From NCBI GenBank assembly GCA_044892525.1, contig CM097887.1, forward strand, positions 87,150,397 through 87,214,396: a stretch of DNA of 64,000 bases. Reading direction: 5' to 3'. Below, in pieces: positions 57,386 through 64,000 of the stretch. Positions within the stretch are counted from its first letter, which is position 1. The number at the start of each line of letters is the position of its first letter. A program made the position numbers and the translations under genes. This DNA comes from Schmidtea polychroa (lineage: Eukaryota). A model generated the notes under the pieces. The model worked only from the letters and a program-made list of their open reading frames with translations, was not told where the DNA came from and did not search any database.

Positions 57386-59365
57386 TTAATCACCTAGTAC
57401 CCTATTTACTATGGATACCCTGAATAAATTCTCAACGTTCCATGTGTTTGGATAGATGATGAAATAAAATGTCAACAATCATTAATTTGACCCCAAGCAT
57501 AATTCAATAACAACAATAACAATACCCAATAATATATTGAAGTTATTAGTCGTTACAATACAATTTGATTATTGATTACAATTACACAAGATGATTCAAC
57601 AAAAGGTTTTCAGGGCTTAATGCGACACTCCATGAAGAATAACTAAAAACTATACTAACAATAACTTAATTGCCGTTTTCAGCTTAAATCTGTCGGTGTA
57701 ATTCATTCGGTTGCTTTCCATTACCTTGATTTAACAACTCCGCATCCTTAAATTCGCCAAACAATTTCGTTTTATTTTTCAAACAAATTTCAATTTCTTA
57801 CCAACTTCTTTTAATACAATATTGCCAATCTCTAATTTTGGTCAATAAACATTTTTAATTAAGCACGGTATTCCAAAGGCTTCACTTTTACACATTTTTT
57901 CCAATTATCAAGTTCTTCGAAAACAAATTTTATTTTTGCTTCCTCACATTTCAATTTGCAAATTTATACTATTTAGTGTTGATTAATAGATTTGTGACCG
58001 ATTTGGTTTTTTATTAGGTATATCTTTTACCAACGATAAACTAATCTCAATACCAATAGACAACTAATCGACAGTTATCCCTGAGACCTATACGACTAAA
58101 TAACACTACTGGTCAATGGTTTTCTTAATGTTAATATTACATTTAGAGTATCTCTCTCTTTATTATGGTGCTGAGAATGAGCACGTAGCTTTTCAGTGCT
58201 AAAATTAATAAAGAATTGAGTTTGATCAATAATTGAGAAAAGCTTACTAATTTCGATTGGAAGTGATGATATGCGACAAATGAAATTTTAAGAATTTGTT
58301 TTTGATATTGAAATTAAAAAATTTTGCAAATATATAAATCTTTGAGTTTGGCATTTTCCAAGTTTTTCCGAATTTTTATAGAAATTTTCGTAGGGCGTTA
58401 AAATTTTAAGAACCCAGTGTATCCATAAATCTACATTTGTTATAAGTAGTGCATCAATTTAATAGTTTTTCAATCTCTTGCATAGGGGGGTCTATACTAT
58501 ACTATAGACTCTATAGCAACCTTTACTTCACAACTGTTAATGATGCCATTTAACAATATTTAATATTATAAATTTCTATTAGTATTTCTACAGTAGTCAT
58601 TTTACAATGATTAGTTTCAGTATTATCTATGCTAAATGTATATAACAAAATCAAAAAATATAGAATATAAGAATTTGAAAAATATTGTTTCTTAAAAATT
58701 AAAAGCATAAAGTTTTGATGTGGAAATTCTTAAAGGGCGAATTAGCGATACATTTTTATAGATTTTATTTTCTTGATTCTCATGTGTAAAATCTTTGACT
58801 CCCGTACAAATATCATAACCAACGGATATTCCAGCTTTATTTGCATAGAGTAAACAGTTAAGATCATTATAACTTGAATAGTTTTTGGGATAAAATTTTG
58901 TTGGTTTAGGAATTTGAATTATTAAATAAAATTTGATATTTTTTTATTAATTAAATATTTTCAAAAAAATTAAATATTATTAAACGATGAAATTATCATC
59001 TAATGGTGCTCTGTGGAGCTTATTACATTAAAAAGTCTATTCTTTGGACAGAAGCGAAACTGTTGAATCTCAAGTAGACCTTACAATACTGTGTCAAAGC
59101 ATTAAAAATAATTTTGTAGAATATATTAGTTGTCATGGATCATTTCTGGAATACAATCCAATATTTAATTATAAATTTGACAGGAATAATAAAGAACGAA
59201 AATTTCTGTATATTAAAAGGTACACGTAATAAATATTACAGTTTATTAAGATTAATTATATTTATAAATACAATTTCAAACGTTTTCCAAAATAAATAAT
59301 ATCTAAATTTTCAAAAAAAACCATTTCGTTCTGAAACATCAAATTATACACATTCAATTAAATAT

Positions 59366-59738
59366 GATAACCCGTCAAAAGGGCCCCGATAAAAGGGCCG
59401 TTGGCAAAAGGTGAACGTTAGGACCGCGTAGATAGAAAATTGAATTGGATCTTAGTGAATGGTGATAATACTCAACTTTATAACTACATACTATTATTAA
59501 ATGCCTGTAAGCAAGCATGACTCTGTTTCTCCTTCTGTAAACAAGTATTCACACACAAGTATTCCGTTACATTTTGCTTGCAAACAAATTTTTTTGGGTC
59601 AACCACGTAAATGCCATACAATAATTTATGCGTGCAACAAAGATTTTCTGGATTTCAGTTTGAGTTTGCAGGATCATTATCACTATGCAAGGTCAAAATA
59701 ATGTAGTGCAAGAAATAATAATAAAATAATGACGTTTC

Positions 59739-59772
<34 letters not shown>

Positions 59773-60799
59773 GTAGCGTATAGCTTAATGCCCGTTTCGT
59801 CGTCGAGAAAATGACATCGAGGGCGTCCCCAAGGCTAAAAAAATCACAACATAGCTCCGCTCAAGGAATGTGGTGATGATCGAAACCGAGGAGAATTCAG
59901 CAGGGCCGTCTTTAGAATTGTGGTGGCCAACGAAACATTATTTATGGGGACCCTATATCGTAAAAAAGGTCAGAAAAAAATTCGATTTTTTAAATTATTA
60001 TTAAATATAAAAAATTCAATTTCCGTACGTCAGTACGTTTCCGTTCGGAAATTGAATTTACTTACCATTACTTATGCATTAATTCAGATTTATTCAAGTA
60101 CCATCGAATGACACAGTGTTAGACATGGTGCTTTAAGAAGTTTAGTATTATTATTATTATTTTTGAACGCAGTCTATTATTAATACAAATTTCTTGCATG
60201 TATGATTTATAGACATATAAATAATGTCTTAATTTCTGGGGGGGGGGGAGAAATTTGTGACATACTTGTAGGGGGTCTAGAATTTGTGACTTTTATTGTA
60301 TGTATGTTGACTTCAAAACGACACCAATATTGTATTGTGACGTTGCTATGATGAGGTCATCCGTGACGTTTTAAGTGTCAACTGGTAAGTGCCAAAAGAA
60401 TGCTTACCTATCTCTGGCTACAAACGATTTGGACTGTTTAAAATAGGTTCTATACGTTTGCTATTACACGTGCATATGGTTTTGGCGGGGGAGTAGTTGG
60501 AATTTTATATGGATCAGGAAAGGCCGGAATAGTAAATTTGGCACGAATTCGATCAATCTTGTCAGTGAAGAATTCACGGAATGCGTTATCAAGAAAAGAT
60601 GTATCAGGCTGGTCAGGAACAGAATATGTGGCGGTGTGGTGTATAATAGAATTTAGGGCTTTTTAGAGCGAGTGGGGATAAGTGTATAGTTGTTGATGGG
60701 GTGTGAAACTTCCGGAAACAGTGTGTTTTTGTTTACTCAGTGTTTACGCGGCTCAATTGGCGGCGGTCTTTTTGCCAGGGGCCTTTTTGACGGGTCACC
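59366..60799. mobile_element. Non-autonomous TIR element with AT flanks
   Basis: Termini G(A/G)T(A/G)ACCCGTCAAAA(G/A)GGCCCC are inverted; contains a LINE-like scrap (FREFFTDKIDRIR, ~60540-60600, minus). Confidence 0.45.
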
Positions 60800-63565
60800 A
60801 TTAGATATATAAAGTTATAAATTATTTAATATGCATATTAAATTTATTATTAAATTCATTTCACACCATGTAATATAAAGGTTTACATTAGGAACCTCTT
60901 AAAAATGCACGTAAAAAACTATACCGTTAATTATTATATTAATGATCATAACCGCAATTGTCATTTTAATAGTAATATTTTTAATTTAATCAAAGACCAG
61001 ATTATTTTTAAAATAAATTAATTAAACTATAGTCGTTGTGAAATTTCTCATAAAAATATTTTTTCTATGAATGAATTCTAGGTGTGAACGGTGAATACAC
61101 ACATACAAAGCCATTTGGATCAAAGCCATGGTAGTTAATTACATGGATCGTCCGCTATTGGATTATCTTCGTGAAATAGCATTTTCCAACGGTGGGTGAA
61201 TGTAACTTAAACTTACAAGTTTAGTTTTTAACTTGTAATTTTTATCAGTTCAAGTTTTAGAATTATATTGCGTTATATATTCTTCCAATTTTTTATTGGA
61301 GGCTTAAGATGAAAAAATTATAATAGTTAATATTTTGTAAGTTAGAAAAAATAACATTGAATGAAAATATAAACTTATTTATTGTTTTGTTTTCTCTATT
61401 AAAGATCATAATAATAAACAAGACACGGTGATTAACGGAAAGGTATTTGTGCGTGCGGATGTCAGAGTATAACGAATTTAAAAACTATTATACTTTAAAT
61501 CTTTATTTACACAAACTATTATATTATTATTTGTATATACTATTTACTAAACACTCTAAAATTATTTTATAATATAAATTACTCCAAAATTAAGTGATTT
61601 CAAACTAATTACAATTGCAACCAATTATTAATAGAAATCATAACTGATACAAGACTATGGAGAATTTCCGGAGCTCTGGGTGGTATTAATAGTGTTTCAG
61701 AAAACAAACTGCAAAATATTTTTATCATTTTCTCTAACTAATTTGTATTAATATCTCCGGGGAAAAGTGAATTTATGACAATAGATAACACTTATAAATC
61801 AATTTTTTAATAAGACTGATATATCAATATTTAACTACGGTGACAAACAATAAACTTGATCATCACTTCAAAACCTCTTCATATGTTGTATAGACCTTAA
61901 TGATCTAGATGGCTCTATTTATAATAATGGGGTAAATTTTCTTCTCTATCATACTTCAAACTAAGAAAATGATACACAATTACAAAATCTTGCGTTATTT
62001 CAATAGTATAACAAGAAAGCAAAAAGTGACACTCATACAATGTAAATTCAAGAAATAAGGGAAAGGACAGCTAGAAAGATTATTTTGTCCATGTAAATTT
62101 GTGACCTTATAGTTTTTTTAATTATTAGTTATTTAATAGTTATTATAATATATTATAATAATAATTATAATATAATTACACGAATCTTTTATCCTTTTCA
62201 TCTTTGATCTACTAGTATTGGTAGGTCGCAGGTAGTCCACATTTTACCCGTTCGTGTCGTTTCCGACGCAACCCAATATACAATCAGTTGTTTTACCACC
62301 TGACACCCGTTGAGTGATCAAAATTGGCAATGTGTCGCATTATATTGATTCCAGTGGCCTTGATTGTTAATCCAAACCAACGAGAAAAACCTAATTATTG
62401 ATTCTTTTGGAATGAAAATATTTTCGTTATTAGTATTTATGTGACGTGGCAGCTAGTTGTTATGGATCGAGAGTGATTTAAGAGTGGATTTAAGAGTGAC
62501 ATCATCATAACAATTCATAATAGATTATGCCACTATGCATGTTAATTACGTATCGGTTATGGGAATTGACAGTATTGAAAGGGTTGTTTTTAACACAAAA
62601 AAAAACTCTTTCTAGTATGAATTGATTTAGTGACTTAATTTAAACTAAATTAAAGTGATCGTTCAAATTTGTATTTGACTTTTGTGTTGTCGGCTCTCTT
62701 TTTGATTTTTTAGAGGGTCGACCTGGATTTGGTTCATTTTAAAACTTATAATTTATTTTAGTACCTATTTTAATCCCTTGAGGTTCGGTTAATTTGATCC
62801 ATTAATAGGGACTAGGCCTCGGTTACAAAGCACAATGATCTGTCCCATTCGTCATTTTAATTAACATTAAATCTACTTCCATTTTCATTGTATTCTGTGG
62901 GGATTTTACATCTAAAGGTTTAGATATTCGTTTCTCTCATACCATTGGACGTCGGGAAATGAGCTCCTAGTGTCTTATATAGTAAGATAGAACTCAGAAG
63001 TTTGAATGTTGATTTTGTAAATGTAGTCCTCGTGTACTATAAGCAATTATATTACAGAAAAATAGAAAATTGTTCATCATACACGGCCTACTGCACTCTA
63101 GTGCAATGGACCCTTTATGTTATGTACTAAGACCTTGGAACTACGAACAAACTAAAAGATTGTTGTAGATCCCAATCTGCATATATAGATTTTATCGCCG
63201 TGGTATTCCGTAATACTGGGCTTACCTATTGCCAACATAGCACAGAGCTACCCAAACGCATTCCATGTAAAAACTCCATCTACTAGTCGAATCACAGGAA
63301 TTATTCCGATAAACAACGCACTATAATGATGAACAGAATAGTACAACTGCCACTTCCTGTTGCACATATCATATTAATTGGTTGTGAAGTGGCTGTGGGC
63401 CTTAAAAAATAATGCTCAATTACAGGCTGTGAAAATGATTCCGTGTTAAAAACATAAAACCAAAATTCAAAAATCCCAGGCTGTCGTTTATTTTATAATA
63501 CATAAAAATCAAACATATACTTACTTTCAAAAATTCACAAATAGGTTAATAGATTCAGTTATACT

Positions 63566-64000
63566 GTGACTGAAAATGCGTATTTTTAGCGTAATTTTAG
63601 TTTGTAGGCGTACATTGATTCAGTAAAACAAATTTGCATTATTTTTATTCTACTTAATTTTGAATTTTCATCAATTTTGATGGCGATTTTTCGTAATACA
63701 ACTACTCCTTACTTTCCAAGAGCATAAAATTAAATCGTGACTAAAATTAATAAATTGTGNNNNNNNNNNNNNNNNNNNNNNNNNNNNNNNNNNNNNNNNN
63801 NNNNNNNNNNNNNNNNNNNNNNNNNNNNNNNNNNNNNNNNNNNNNNNNNNNNNNNNNNNNNNNNNNNNNNNNNNNNNNNNNNNNNNNNNNNNNNNNNNNN
63901 NNNNNNNNNNNNNNNNNNNNNNNNNAGTATGTGGACATGCATTGATTCAGTAAAACAAATTTGCATTATTTTAATTCTACTTAATTTTGAATTTTTATCA
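63566..64000. repeat. Tandemly duplicated AT-rich repeat around an N-run (63760-63925)
   Basis: CATTGATTCAGTAAAACAAATTTGCATTATTT occurs twice. Confidence 0.6.

Overview
AT-rich eukaryotic (animal) genomic DNA; N-runs mask AAT-type low-complexity sequence. Positions 1-35682 hold one giant Ty3/Gypsy (Metaviridae) LTR retroelement on the minus strand. Its 5' LTR is 30211-35682 (~5.5 kb, TG...CA). Its 3' LTR runs to 4719 and starts ~570 bp before the window, giving a total of ~36 kb. A tRNA-Pro PBS is present but I see no polypurine tract. Size, ~5-kb LTRs and internal AAT microsatellites match, from memory, the planarian Burro elements of Schmidtea mediterranea; I could not verify this. Three ORFs joined by two frameshifts form a ~4,700-codon polyprotein: Gag/Zn-knuckles, ubiquitin-like domains, TRAF-type MATH, Bcl-2-like domain, internal signal peptide, chuvirus-like (class III) fusion glycoprotein, PR-RT-RNaseH-IN, ankyrin repeats and a second type I membrane protein. 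A recurrent I-[NCF]-M-[MLI] motif sits at many domain borders. Six tightly packed accessory ORFs follow, including a TRAF, an IAP and a TACI/BCMA-like single-CRD receptor with a TRAF-binding motif; there is also a RING ORF upstream of gag and ORFs inside the LTR. The 3' cistrons share a TGTAAATA box 16-18 nt after the stop codon, and the accessory ORFs have an AG 0-3 nt before the ATG, which suggests operon-like processing. The rest of the window is a TE graveyard: a degenerate Polinton/Maverick (adintovirus-like) remnant, Tc1, hAT-Buster, pogo/Tigger and piggyBac-type MITEs, plus two probable host exons.
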